A DNA stretch of 59,259 nucleotides, filler included, from Dirinaria sp. TL-2023a (lineage: Eukaryota), in NCBI GenBank assembly GCA_051941275.1. It is 6 parts of 6 records of this genome, joined end to end, with 100 filler letters (N's around TTAATTAATTAA, not from the genome) between each part and the next. Parts side by side here need not be neighbours in the genome. Positions count along the whole stretch, not along the records: positions 29,737 to 39,525 come from JAVEBF010001004.1; positions 39,626 to 49,393 come from JAVEBF010001005.1; 4 more parts are not named here. One strand, 5' to 3'. The notes beneath the pieces are model-generated. The model made no database searches. It was not told where the DNA came from and saw nothing but the letters and a program-made list of their open reading frames with translations. Shown here piece by piece: positions 35,138 through 49,493 of the stretch. Made by a program: the position numbers and the translations under genes. Within the stretch, counting starts at the first letter, position 1. The number at the start of each line of letters is the position of its first letter.

Positions 35138-36375
35138 TGGAAACAGTGCTCCAGAGGCTTAGGGTTTGACAGGACGGAGTGAGTGGAACTGGGGAGGCTT
35201 GGGCCGTTTCTTGGCCAATGACTTCAGCCTTGTAGACTAGATTTCAAAGCATTCCCAAAAGGGCGGCTCTAAGGTCAGCACAATCGCTGGACAAATGCGG
35301 TCATGTCACTGATTTGAATCGGTGTTCGAAAGACGCGGATACGAGCAGGCTGCGACTGCATGAAATGTTCCAGTGGCTTGAGTCTCGGAACGCGCCACAG
35401 TGCGATGCGGAGAAGCTTCTGTACGAACGTTGTGTCTGTGACAGAGTCGCTGTGGCTAAGGCGGAGACCTGACCTCACACGCTTTCCAAGCTCGAGGAAC
35501 GAGTGGGTATGGTTCGAGGATCGTCGTGCTTCGCTGGCCGATTGCGCCAAGTTTAGAAAACCCTAATGCTTGTCGCTGATCTAGGCGAGGGGTTCCAATT
35601 TGTCGCAGAAAGTTTTCGAGAGGCCCGATGACCGTGGATGGTGGCGTGGCGTGTCAGTGATCAAGGGATATCAGAATCGCGTCGCAGGAGCGGTGGAGAG
35701 AATGAAGTCCAAGTCAGGCGTGGTCGTGAAGTGGTGGCCTAAGCGGCTAGCACAGCAGCGGCAGAGTGCGGGCTGAGGCTGAAAAGGTTCGAATCAGCGG
35801 AATCGCAGTCTTTTTGACGTTCAAGCAACAGAAAATCGAAGCAAGCAACGGGCCAGAGGGTGCAAATTATTTAGTGTTGACAGTAGATGCAGCAGAGCCA
35901 GGACGGTAGTCGGAAGGCACCGTGGAAAATTGGGTCACGTTTTTGCGGACGAAAACCGTCGTCCGTGGCAGGGAAGAGCTACTTTACTACTACTACTAAT
36001 TGTCGCCCGCCTCATAGCGTGAAAATAGTACTAGCGCCCATACCTGCCGTGAGGACGGGGACCCTGGCTTAGCCGGATTAGGAGTGCCAAGCAGACCCAA
36101 CGCCAAACAGCCAAGCAGCCAAGCAGCCAAGCTTCCAAGATATCTGTGCCTGTGCCTGTGCCTGTACGAGTGTACCGGTAAAGTCCGCGTAACAAACGGT
36201 AGACTTATTGCCGAATCCTGCCATCTATCTATTCATAGGGAACCTGTGTACAGATATATCATTCAGTTGTGGAAAATAATCTCAGACGGCGTCTTCATTT
36301 TCGTCAACCAGTCGCTGGAGTCCCAATTCAGACCATCGAATCCCCCGAAAATATTGTTGGGACGGGTTTGGAAGG

Positions 36376-36796
36376 ATGGATTCGTGAGTTCATCTCCGCT
36401 CCATAATAAAGGCGCAACTTTCTCTGATGTAGTCCTCGTTCGCCAGACTTAATTCAGCAGAGCAGCGTGAGCTACAGACCAGGCTGGAAAAGAATCAAAT
36501 GAAAGATTTTGCCAACGTGGGTGAAACTCTATCCCCGAAAGCTCAAACCTGAGCCGAACGGCGTTCCCCGTCTGCTGCCCTCTGCTGATCCGACGCCACA
36601 GATGTATGCCAACATGATACAAAGATGCTTTGATGCATGCGTCGACGATTTCACTACAAAGTCACTCCACTCAAGAGAAGAGGGTTGCATCATGCGGTGT
36701 GTGGACAAAAATCTGAAGGCCGGCGAAAGGCTCGGACAACGGTTTCAAGAGCAGAATGCTACAATGATGCAGAGTGGGCAGTTACCAGGCCGATAA
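36376..36796 (+). CDS. TIM9: Mitochondrial intermembrane-space small Tim chaperone Tim9; introns 36384-36446 and 36517-36601
   Basis: Spliced product [48 protein letters not shown]...GCIMRCVDK...RFQEQN, with twin Cx3C. Confidence 0.93.
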
Positions 36797-37719
36797 AATC
36801 GGCCATACGTCATCGGAGAAATAGTGCAGGGTAGACACACGCAACTTAATCTACGATTCTCAACTCACCAAAAAATCAGCAACGTTCATGCCTTTCCTTT
36901 CGGGAGATTGCCACGCGCACAGGGAGGAAGACATCCAAGTGAATTACCCACCAATACACTCATGTGAGCATGAAGGCAAGCCTTAGGAAGCAGAAGTACC
37001 CAGGGTTTTCGAAAGAGCAGGATCTGGGGCAAATTGGCTATCCCAGGAGTCAAGTATTGCATGCAAGCCTGGACTTTGTATATCCTGATCGATAACTGGC
37101 TAATTCGAGAGATATCGACAACGTACTTTGAAGCTCCCGTTTCACGTTCAATGTTTGCGGCGAAGCCAGTCTCGTACACCCCTTTCTCCCGACCTGCAAG
37201 GGTTTTTGACTAATGCTGATAGCGAGACCTTTACTTATGATCAAATCCGCTAGTTTGTGGAGTGGAATCCACATGTCTCATATCATACTATCCTAAGCTA
37301 CTGTCACACGAGGGCGAAGCCATTGCTTGCTTCTCGACATTTCGCTGCAGAACGAGGATTCAAGCTTCTAAGCCTTCATGTCTTTGCAATATTTTGCACT
37401 CGTAATCTTTTTTTTTTTTTTTTTTCCTTTTCTTTTTTTTTACCAAATTTGGAATGGCTTTCTTATGTCTTTCTCATACCTTACCCTGCGTTGTGGGTAC
37501 AATAACCCGATACAGCTGGGGCCGAATCCTTTTCGGAAAAGAACCGAATATTTGTCGGCAGATCCCGTCGAGCCGAAGTGTGTATTAAGCCCCCACCACG
37601 ACCCCGCGCACACTCGAAGTTCTCGAACACAAGCATTGCGTCAGATTGCCGAGTCACATAAAGTTTGAATCTACTTCTCTTTGATTCCTCCATAACTTCC
37701 AGACCTTCCTTTCACCAGA

Positions 37720-39217
<1,498 letters not shown>

Positions 39218-39525
39218 TTGTACGAGTGTGGGAATCTGGATATACATGTTGCGCACTTTTGGCACTACCTTACTATCAAGCAAAGCAAAGCAGCAAGCAG
39301 GCTCATCGTAGCCACAAATACTGTTATCCAGCAAACCTCACAAATCACAATAAGAGCCCCAATGCAACAACTCCCAAGGTCCACGATGTCTCGGAAATTT
39401 TATCCAGTAACCTCATAACATGCATCCAGCATCTGAAACAACCTCATCTGCCACCCACCTTCCATTTCCATTCCGTTTCCAGCGGCACGCATACCGTTTC
39501 CAGTAGAAAACCCTAGCAGCCCCCC

Positions 39526-39625
39526 NNNNNNNNNNNNNNNNNNNNNNNNNNNNNNNNNNNNNNNNNNNNTTAATTAATTAANNNNNNNNNNNNNNNNNNN
39601 NNNNNNNNNNNNNNNNNNNNNNNNN
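39526..39625. other. Artificial contig linker
   Basis: N44-TTAATTAATTAA-N44. Confidence 0.98.
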
Positions 39626-40327
39626 TTTTTTTTTTTTTTTTTTTGGTTTTCTAAAGGAAGATAATGAATGAAAAGGAATGTTTATGAATATAAGGAATAC
39701 AAAATCAGCATCAGCATCAGATTCTCAAACTCGCATAAACTCCGAGATATAAGATATATTCACCACTCATCACTTTCTTTTACGACTTAAAGCTTAAAAC
39801 ATAAATCTCCTTTCCTTTCCTCTCCTGCTTTTTACCGCAATTCTGAGGTGCACTTCTGCCCCTCAACATAAATATTCCTACCTTTTCCTACATTATCTTA
39901 TTTTATTTTGTTTTACCTAAACATTTTATTCATGGGGGATATCCATTGTTTAAATCCTTGCTTTCGGTTTACCTACGTAAGAAAGAATCAAGGGGCGTGA
40001 TTTAAAGAGGCTATTTTTCTCTCCCGTTGCATTTACTTAGGATTTGGGGTTTTGACTTAGAGGGGGAGAGGAAAGGGGGGACATTGAAGGATGAGGGATG
40101 TATTACTGGGGTATTTTTTTTTACCTTACCTTAGGGGTAAGGGAAGGGAGATGGGTATGAGTTGAGGTAAGGTTGGTAGGCATGGTTTATGGGAGTTTTG
40201 TTGTTACCTTTATAGGGAGTCCTTATTCATATCCGTGTTTCGATAATCGTACCCGTCAAGCCGGAGAAACTCTTAGAACTTTTACAGAGACATCACCTAA
40301 CCATCAAACACTAAAAACTGCGCACAC

Positions 40328-40360
<33 letters not shown>
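40328..40360. repeat. (CAT)11 microsatellite
   Basis: Read directly from the sequence. Confidence 0.95.
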
Positions 40361-40362
<2 letters not shown>

Positions 40363-40581
40363 CTACCTGCATCTTCATCTAGATAAGTAAATCAACGACT
40401 TGTAAATTGATCATGTCTTTAAAAATCCGAGTACGAAATTAGTACTAAATGCATCGGGGTTCAGACTGAAGAAGAAAAGTCTGTCATGATTCTGAGATTA
40501 TTAAAACCCCCGAATTGAGAGCGGCGTTGATGTAATTGCCTCAACGAAGAAAGGCAGCAGATGATAATAAGAAAGATGCTC

Positions 40582-40611
40582 GAAGAAGAAGAAGAAGAAG
40601 AAGAAGAAGAA
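40582..40611. repeat. (GAA)10 microsatellite
   Basis: Read directly from the sequence. Confidence 0.95.
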
Positions 40612-41601
40612 TGTTTTGAGACATAAGACGGAAGCAGAAGCAGAAAGCAAGCAGATCAAATTCTAATCTAGTCAGAAGGCATAATTATAGAGGCATGAAA
40701 TAACGACTTTTCAAATTTGTGCTTTGGTGATTGTCTGGTGAAACTAGCAAATATTCGTACTCAGTTTTTAACAGTCAACTTACAGACGCTACTTTTGAGG
40801 GGACTTTTACCTGAGAGATTTCCTGAGGTATACAAGAATTTCGGTGTGGTGGAGGTGTTTCTACCTTCTTAAGGTAAGGTAGGTTTAGTGTCGGTGAAAG
40901 ATTTCTCCTAGCTCGGGTATGATTATCAGAACTCGGGTACGAATAAGGAGCCTCCTTATATATAAGGTACATTGTGTATGTGGCTGCTTGTGACTGCCTT
41001 ACCTTACCTCATATAGGTCCTCCCATAGTAGCTTCAATACAACTCAACTTCCCTATTCGCCCAATAATTTTTGGTTCCCCACCTCTATGGTAAAGGTCTA
41101 TCCATCGCGGGAAGAGGGTATTTTTCCTTCTTTTTTTTCTCTTTTTTTTAAATGGAAGGAGGGAGGCGGGGGAAGAGGGTTTGGCATGTGAAACCGCGGT
41201 TCAATCTGATGCTTCAGTTATACTGTACTCGTACGAGAGGCAATGGCAAAGCAATTTGACAGAGATTCTAGTTACATTATTTTAGGAAGCGGATTGATGG
41301 AAAGAAGCGCTGTTTCGTGTACTTCGGTTGCAGGTTTTGAAATGCGGTGAAAAAGAATATTGGGGGCTTTCGTGTCTCAACTGAGTGCCGTATTCGGCTT
41401 GTTTCAGAGGGTTTGAGACTCGAATATGGTCCGAACATGCTACCGTTGATCTGACCATTGATGGCTTGTTACATTGTCGTGTTGTTACATTCAATTGGCT
41501 CTTATCTGTCGTACAAGTAAAGTGAAATGAGGGTGGCTACCTACCTACCTGTCTCGAAGCTCTGCAACCGAGCCTAGACAGTTTGAAAGAAAGGTAACGT
41601 A

Positions 41602-41956
41602 GGACGTTGGGGGCAAAAGAGGTTACCTCATGGTCGTTCAATTTTTGATTGCTTTGTCAGAAGTGGGTAAGCTTCCTGCTTGCCGGCCTTAGATACCAGA
41701 TATGGTCGTACTTAAAATGGGTTGCTTCAATTTATGTCAGAAGTCGGCTCCAGGGAGGGGGGAAAAAAACGCCAGCAATCAAGAACCCACTATTCTAACT
41801 GATTTGGCCCGAAAAGGAGATCGGCCTAATTAGAAAGAAGGCGGGGGACATTGGGGGCAAAAGAGAGGAAACCGTGAATGTCCCGCTTCATGGTCCTTCA
41901 AGTTTTGATAGCTTTGTCAGGAGTGTCTGAGCTTCTCGCTGGCTTTGGGTGCTAGA
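41602..41956. repeat. Diverged direct repeat pair (about 41602-41693 and 41846-41956)
   Basis: GGAC(G/A)TTGGGGGCAAAAGAG...TCATGGTC(G/C)TTCAA(T/G)TTTTGAT(T/A)GCTTTGTCAG occurs twice. Confidence 0.85.
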
Positions 41957-44615
41957 TTATGGCAATGAAAGTCTCAGCAGGTCTTCTCATCGAGGGCCAG
42001 ACACTTTTCAAAAAGAGCTAGCGATTGAGACCCCACTCTCAGATTCCTTACATCCGAGGCACGGGATCGCTGTTAGCAGCCATGGACGCCTCTTCAGGGT
42101 GATCATGTTCACTGCTGTCATACCAGGTGCTCGTAACATGTCAGCTTACTTAAGCTGCACTGTCTGGGCGCAGCATGAGCAAGTGACTTGATTCTCCTTG
42201 ACCGCTTCTGCGGGGTGTCGAGCCCTCTGAAAATGCCAATAGGACTTTCCACTGGACCAATTCTGAATTGCGTGGACGCAACTCGGTTTCATTATCTGAG
42301 TCAGGCAAAGGGGTAGCACGGGCAGTTGTCATCATCCAAGTAGGGAAGTGGCATGTGATGGAACGAGGCGAATGTGCTACTCTGTTTTCAGTAGCCGTGC
42401 CGCTTGAGGTTGTTCATGCGTCGACGAGCTTAACATTATTGCTAGGCAAAACAGTCGAAACGCCAACATATGTTTTGGACCCCTTTTCAATGAGATTCAG
42501 GAGACTTCGTTTCAAACCTCTGAAAACAATGTCGAACAGGTGAAGATGATACCACGAGCGGCTTCCTAAGTACTGGGCTGCAAGTCTGATAGCAGGGAGT
42601 ATCTTCTAGGAAGCCGAAATGGGATGGAGCGCTTCAATCGTCTGTTTATCGACTTCAACTTGACCGGTGCAGCGAAATCGGCAGCGGCTGAACACACATG
42701 CACGGTCTTCGTATGGCATAGCAGTAAAAACATAAGAGTCACAAACTTACCGCCTTCGTATCTGAAGCTGGGATCTGAATGCTGAACAGCTCCAGAGCCA
42801 GTCAAGTGCCTTCAAGCAGAAATATTGGGAGTCAGACGCCTCTCATCTTGGAGATGCCCAGCCTGTGAAATTGGAGTCGTCCACACGGGGTGAGGCAAAG
42901 ACCGGAGTCGGCTAAGAAGGCATATTCAAGAAGACTACTCGGACCCAGTCCGAGAACAGACCGGTGTAATGAATGCTCGGGACTGAGAGATCGTGCCGGG
43001 TAAGATGAATGTTGAGGCGTAGAATAGACCGGTGTGAGGCTAGCTGTGCTCGTACGAGAAAGGAATGCAGCGAGCAGCTCCGAATCCATCGAGACTGTGG
43101 GACCTCGATTCAGCTTTGCAGCGATACAGGGAGCTGCAAGGCATGAAAGTTGCCCGATATGAGGAGAGCATTAGGCAGCAGGTACAGCAGATGCGTCCAA
43201 CTCTAAGAGATGTTGTTGGCTTGTTGGCGGCGTAGCTGAGATGTCTCTGGGCGAGTGGTGGCTTACCCACTAAGTAGGTACGTAGAGTAAGGTAGGTATG
43301 AAGTACTGGCTGAGCAGGATCTACCTTACCTTACTTAGCTCCCTGGGACTGATCATAACAAGTGCCCGCACTTAAGCGACGTTACATCAGCCACCTCAGT
43401 GCTTTTTGGTGCGTTGGTCTGAGAGGTCATTCGGTCAGCCTCTTGCCTCACTTATCTGGCACAAATCGTGTTGGAAGAGGAATCGAGATTATATTGCTTG
43501 ATCGATTTCAGGAAAGCAATTTCCACCGAACGCTTTGGGAGGCCTGACTTCCGAGTGAGAGAGAGACTTGGCCCCTTGGGTCTTGAAAATATTATCGTCA
43601 TCTTTAGCCTGGTCTTTCAGGAGATTGTCTGTCCGGCCCAGAACGATGAAGGCGCCCTTGCACATACGAGTTGCATTTGGACGCATGCTCCCGCAGAGGA
43701 GCTGGCACGCAGTGAGAGGTCCGGCAAAATTGATGCGCGACAACCATGCAGAGCGCTGAAGCTGCTGATCGGTTGAAAAGGACGTTGCCAACACAGCAGA
43801 GAGACCTTGGTTGGGAAGCGAGTTCCTGTTGAATGTATTTATACAGTCAGCGACTCAGCGAGCCCGTCTTTCTGGTGCCCAAGCTGTGCCAAGGCCATCG
43901 GTCGCAAGAGGTTTGGCAGCCAATAAGGCAAACCGAGGACATGCAAATGATGCAAGCCACCGTAATACCTTATGGCTTTAAGACACACTACTGTATTTTA
44001 TTGTCTGGGATAGATTATTGATGGACTGTTCAGTGTTCACGTAATCATGTCGTCAAGGCAAATTATTAGGCTGCAATGGGAATGACGGTGTGTGGAATAA
44101 TCATCCCACCGATGTGTGTAGTTGCAGTAGTGAATCTAGTCCAGTATTGAGTTGTCCGTGTACCGTAGTCAGTCTCGGCATTAGACCGAATTAATTGGGT
44201 CGCCTTCTGTTGCCTATTATTTCACCCACCCACGGTTCGCCAGCTGCCTGGTAGAGGCTCTGCTACAAGACAGCTCAACAGTACTTTACTACCTCTCGAA
44301 AAGGCATCACTTTCTAGGTGCTCTTCAGCCTCAACCCGCTACCTGACAGTCCCTATTGCGAAGGGAAACTGTCAGCTCGCCTTGCCCGCATCCAAATGCC
44401 CTGCCGCTACCTTACCCATTGAAACCTCCCTACTCCCCGGGGCGCACAGTCGCCCCTCTCCGCCTGACTCCGGCATAAAAGGTGCCCCTTCCACCCCCAG
44501 CACCAATGCTCTCTTATAGGGCTGACTCAGCTCAGCTATCCTTCCCAATGAATAGGAAATTCAGTCGCGCATCATACGACTCCGAGAACACCGTCGTCTG
44601 CTGGCATCCTACATC

Positions 44616-47600
44616 ATGGCGGATAAGCCCGCCTTTGTAGCTCGCAAATTTCAGGATGCTCAAAGACTGGCGGCGAAAGGATTTTCATGTCCACTGTGCT
44701 CGGAGACCTTCCAAGCGGAGCCGAAGCTCTGGGAACATGCAAAAAGTCAGCATAAGCAAACGCTGGGGTACGCGGGCTCGGTGGGGGAAGCAGAGGCCCG
44801 GAAGCGGTTTCGTTCAGAAGCTGTACCAAAGGCGTATGTCATGACAGTCAACCGGCGCTGGGGACCTGCGATACTTGGAATGCCTCGGTAAGCCTATTGG
44901 GAACTGTGTTAACATGTCGCTGTATCCAGGCACAACGATTTGCGGAGAGTAATCCGCGATACTCCACCTCCTATACCAAAGCCTTCATCAAACGATAATG
45001 ATTCCATGAAACCAAATATTGGAGAGGATGTGAGGGCACGATCTCCTATTAGGTCGACTTCTGCTCAAGCGTCCATGCTAACCACGGAAAAGCAAATTCA
45101 TGACCTTGGTAAGCTTACATTGGAGCAAGATCAGACACCGACGCCTTCGCCAGAGTCTCAGCAAAACTTCCCATCTTCAAACCCACTCAAACGAGGGGCA
45201 ATGGCACGTAGTGGTTACTCAGACTTTCCCATGGAAGACGATCCATCTGTACATGTAAAGTCACGCGCTCGCCATGCCAAGACGCAATCTGCCAGCTCAC
45301 TAGGGAAAAAGGGCGCAGACAAAAAAGTAGATCGACCGCTCGCCAATGATCCTAGCTTTATGCGAAGCTCCGTTGGTTCAGGCAAGAGGCTCTACGATCC
45401 AGAAAGGGACAATCCAGTTTCCAACCCTGTTGCTAGGAAGAATAAGGCCTCGGACCGTGCACGTACGAACCATCGAGGTGGAAGTGACGATCCACGATCC
45501 CGTATGTTCCATTTAAGAGATTTGCCAAACGTAGATACCAAAGATCGTAGGCTGCAAACCCCCCAGCAACCACCAAAGTTTTTGGAGAAGTTGAACCCTC
45601 AGGACCATGAAATAAGCGAGAGCAGCCCACCAATGGATCGGTCTTCCAGCTCCAATGAACCACATGATCAGGACATCGAACCAGACCCGGAGCTTGATTC
45701 GGAGCCAGTCCTGCTGTTACAACCCGAGACTCGACCTATATCACATGACCAGCTTGTCGTTGAGGTTAAAGGTATCTATGCCGGTTTAGTCATGGTAGAA
45801 TCTAAATGCGCCGATGTCGACGAGAAGCAATCCAAGGCAGCGCAGGAGAAGGACCCGTCTCGGCGAAAAAGATTGAGCAATGAGCAGTGGCAAGCACTGA
45901 TTCATCTACATAAAACGCTCTTGCACGAGCACCACGACTTTTTTCTGGCCTCACAGCATCCCTCTGCAAGTCCGGCTTTGAGTAGATTGGCGGCCAAATA
46001 CTCCATGCCAGCAAGAATGTGGCGCCACGGAATCCATTCGTTCCTAGAGGTCCTTCGACATATGCTGCCCGAGTCTCTTGATCATATGCTGGCTTTTGTA
46101 TATATTGCGTATTCAATGATGGCCCTCCTGTATGAGACCGTTCCAACATTTGAAGACACCTGGATTGAGTGTTTGGGAGATTTAGCCCGTTACCGAATGG
46201 CCATTGAGGAGGACGACATCCGGGATCGTGAAATTTGGAGTGGCGTTGCGCGTCTTTGGTACAGTAAGGCAGCCGATAAAAACCCAGGTACAGGTCGTCT
46301 ATACCATCATCTGGCGATTCTTGCTCGACCTTTCACTTTGCACCAGTTGTCATTCTATACCAGGTCTTTGACATGCGTCGTACCCTTCGAAAATGCTCAC
46401 AGTAGTATCATGACTCTCTTCAACCCAATCTTGAGCGGCAAGAGTTCTGCGCACTACCGGCCAGAGTCCCTGGAAGCAATCTTCATCAAGTGCCATGGAA
46501 TTCTATTTTGCAATCTCTCCAGAGAGCAATTTGATACCACTCTAACCCAAATGCAAGATGGCTTGTTCGACAATTATATTGGGCGAGTCGGGGCGAAATT
46601 CAAAGAACAAGGAGTCTTTGCAACTCTGACCAACATCGCTGCATTGTTCGAGTACGGGGCTCTGCGAGCAAACGGTCAACCTAAATCTATTTTCCGCCTT
46701 GCATACAACGAAATCCGTCATCGCAACTATATCGGAGTGCAGGCAAAATCTCAGCATTCTGACGATCTATCTCTCGACCTGAACGGCAGCGAACACCAGC
46801 CCAGTCCACCTCCATTTCACTCGTTAATCGACAGTCTCACATCTGAGGACCTTCGATCTTCTCTAGCGCTGATACGTCCAGCATCGAAGTTCATGTTCAG
46901 CATCTTGTCAATCTGTTTGCGGCGTATTGGCGACAGGAATGTCTTTCCCTCAGTGCATGTCTCATTTGTGTTCTTGTTGAGCCTGACGGGCGTCGATAAA
47001 GCGATGAAATACGTGGAGCAGGATGTCCCGTGGGTGGAAATCTGTTCTTTTCTCAATGCCTTAGCCAAGCCAGAAGTCATGACTGAAAAAGTCAGGGGTC
47101 GGGTCTTCCCCAAACCTGACAATGGTATTGGGCGACCACTACCAGACGATTTTGGTATGCGTGGGCTGTTATATGCAGAGGATTACTTCCCCGTGAACTG
47201 GTTTTCAGATGCTGCGGTGGATGATGAGGAACGCTCATTAGAATTACCATCAATGGCGGCACCTAGGGTTGAACGGATACTGTGGCTTGGTATACAGATA
47301 GCTTCTGTATGTTCAGACTCCTGCTTTCCTATCTAATGAATGCTCACTGACTTCGACCAGCTGAAACGCTGGATCGCCTATGACTCAACTACAAACCATT
47401 TTCATACTACTGACTACGCAGATAAAATCTTGACCGCATCAACACAGCCTCTCGAAGAGCAGATGGAGATCAGTGTCTCGGACACAGATGACCAGCACAT
47501 GTCAGAAGCCGTTCCGCTGTCGAAGGAGTCGGAAAAAGTTCCAACCTCGCCGTCGAGAGAAGGAACAGACGCCCTCTCGCATGTTGACCCCACCTCTGCT

Positions 47601-47855
47601 GCAGAAATGCAGCGTCTCAGACATGTAACACAGAATGAGTCTGAGCCAGCATCTCCTATGAAAGATATCGAAACCACTCGTCCAACCAAGAGCGACGATT
47701 CTCAAACAGCCTCATGGTTGAAGAACGCAGCGCTTGATGAAGCGAAGAGGCCATCAAAAAAAGGGCCAGTAGAAGACTTAACATCTGATCCTCGCAAGCT
47801 CCGCCTCATGGGCAGATTCGACAGGTATACGGGGCTCGACCCTGAAAAAAGCTGA
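44616..47855 (+). CDS. Est1/SMG5-7-type helical DNA/RNA-binding-domain protein with an N-terminal C2H2 zinc finger; introns 44834-44929 and 47307-47360; about 1029 aa
   Basis: CPLCSETF...WEHAKSQH zinc finger; WIECLGDLARYRMA, WYSKAADKNPGTGRLYHHLAILA and PLPDDFGMRGL resemble Est1/SMG-family TPR-like motifs. Confidence 0.8.
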
Positions 47856-49393
47856 AATTGGTCCACTGGATCGGTAGCTTCTTCATTGCCACCGTTCACT
47901 GGTCATTTCGCTGATGCTTGAGATGGATTGTGAAAACTTGACGTTCAAAAGCACACATCAAACATGCAATAAGATTGAAACGGTACATTAGCAAGCAATA
48001 AACATGGACTGTTCAGCTGGAAGCTTGGCTGATGGCTTGGTAGAGACACCAGGACTTGGAATGTACAGAGTAAATTATTGAAGCGGCGGGTTTTGTTTCC
48101 AGAAGTATCCTAAACGCTTGACGAAGCTCTATGACCTTACGACCAAACGCTGCATAACAGAGACACATACATATGAGCAACGACGTGCATTTGGCAAGTC
48201 GTTCGATTTCGCGGCCCAGGGGCTCATGTCTGTATCAGATTCATACGTGTGGTAATGGTGGACGCCCAGCTTCCATCATTGCTACCAATATTCATAAGGG
48301 GCTCATTCAGTCCTGCCCAAATGGCGGAATGGCGGATTTGAAACATAGCATATGGTAGAAACATCTAATCCAATCCTTACGCTCAAGCTTGCTGTCTACC
48401 GGAACCCTGCAGAACCGCGCTGCGTCCCGTTGTACATGGAGATTCTCAACGACTCTTTCGGGACTACAGCATATGCTAGGCGGCCTCCCTACATACTGGA
48501 ATTTCGTGAGGGCATGAAGGCAACAGAGGACAGGCTGTAGCTGGGATACATTGTTGAGACCAGGCTGCAGAAGGTTAGTTACATGGAATCCTCTCCAATG
48601 AGCCTTCATCAGCAGAAACCTTACAAAATGATGCAAATCGCACTACACTCCTCTAGACCGAAGGATCAAAAAGTGGTTCCACTGCAAGCGCATCGGATGT
48701 GCCTCCGAAGCTTTCTGCCTGGGCTTAAGGTAGGCTTCACCGACTCCCACGATGCGCGACCCTTTAATTGTACGCGCACCTTTTCCAAGTTCCCAGCCAC
48801 CGGTCAACCAAAAGATCGTGACCAATGGCCATGTCAAGCGCCATGCGCCTAAACGATGAACCACGAGACACATACCGTAATTCCTTCGACATCAGCCCGC
48901 TTTCTTTCATCGTTCCTCTTCGATGAACCAGATTTCCCCTCATCCAGCACACACCCACTTTACTAGAAACCAGAACTACCTCAGGTATAATGACCTAGGT
49001 GGCACCATAGTCATGGCGTCTTCGATATTAACCGTAGCAACACCCTAATCAAGTAAGGTACAGGTAAGGTAACCACCCACACCCTCCCCCCCCCCTTCAT
49101 CTTCCCCAGAAAATGGCGAATCGATTCGCCAAATCTGCATCCAAAACAAGGCAACCAAGACGAACTGAAAACCAATCCACCACCAACAGTAAAGTGCCCG
49201 CGCGACCAGCGCACACACGCATACATACTGTAGACTCCACCCCCTCAGGCGAACGTACTCTGTCCCTCACCGCTCTTCGCGGCTCAATGGTAGCTTTAGC
49301 TTCCCTTAAGGGTGTGGAGTCGTTGCAGGGACCTCCTCTCTTAGTCCCTCAGGCAATCAGTCATGCGCAATATTAATGCAATGGGACTTTGGC

Positions 49394-49493
49394 NNNNNNN
49401 NNNNNNNNNNNNNNNNNNNNNNNNNNNNNNNNNNNNNTTAATTAATTAANNNNNNNNNNNNNNNNNNNNNNNNNNNNNNNNNNNNNNNNNNNN
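49394..49493. other. Artificial contig linker
   Basis: N44-TTAATTAATTAA-N44. Confidence 0.98.

Larger units (their letters stand above)
40205..40969. mobile_element. Non-autonomous TIR element (MITE-like), about 765 nt, with diverged terminal inverted repeats of about 70 nt
   Basis: 40205-40275 aligns with the reverse complement of 40895-40969 (shared TCCTTATTC, GATAATC, TACCCG, GGAGAAA); AT-rich non-coding core. Confidence 0.65.

Noticed and set aside
35780..35810. GGTTCGAATC (tRNA T-loop-like), and GGTTCAATC near 41198
   Set aside because: No acceptor, D or anticodon stems could be built around either.
49113..49376. 87-aa ORF near the end of contig 5
   Set aside because: Could be the first exon of a truncated gene, but nothing is recognisable.
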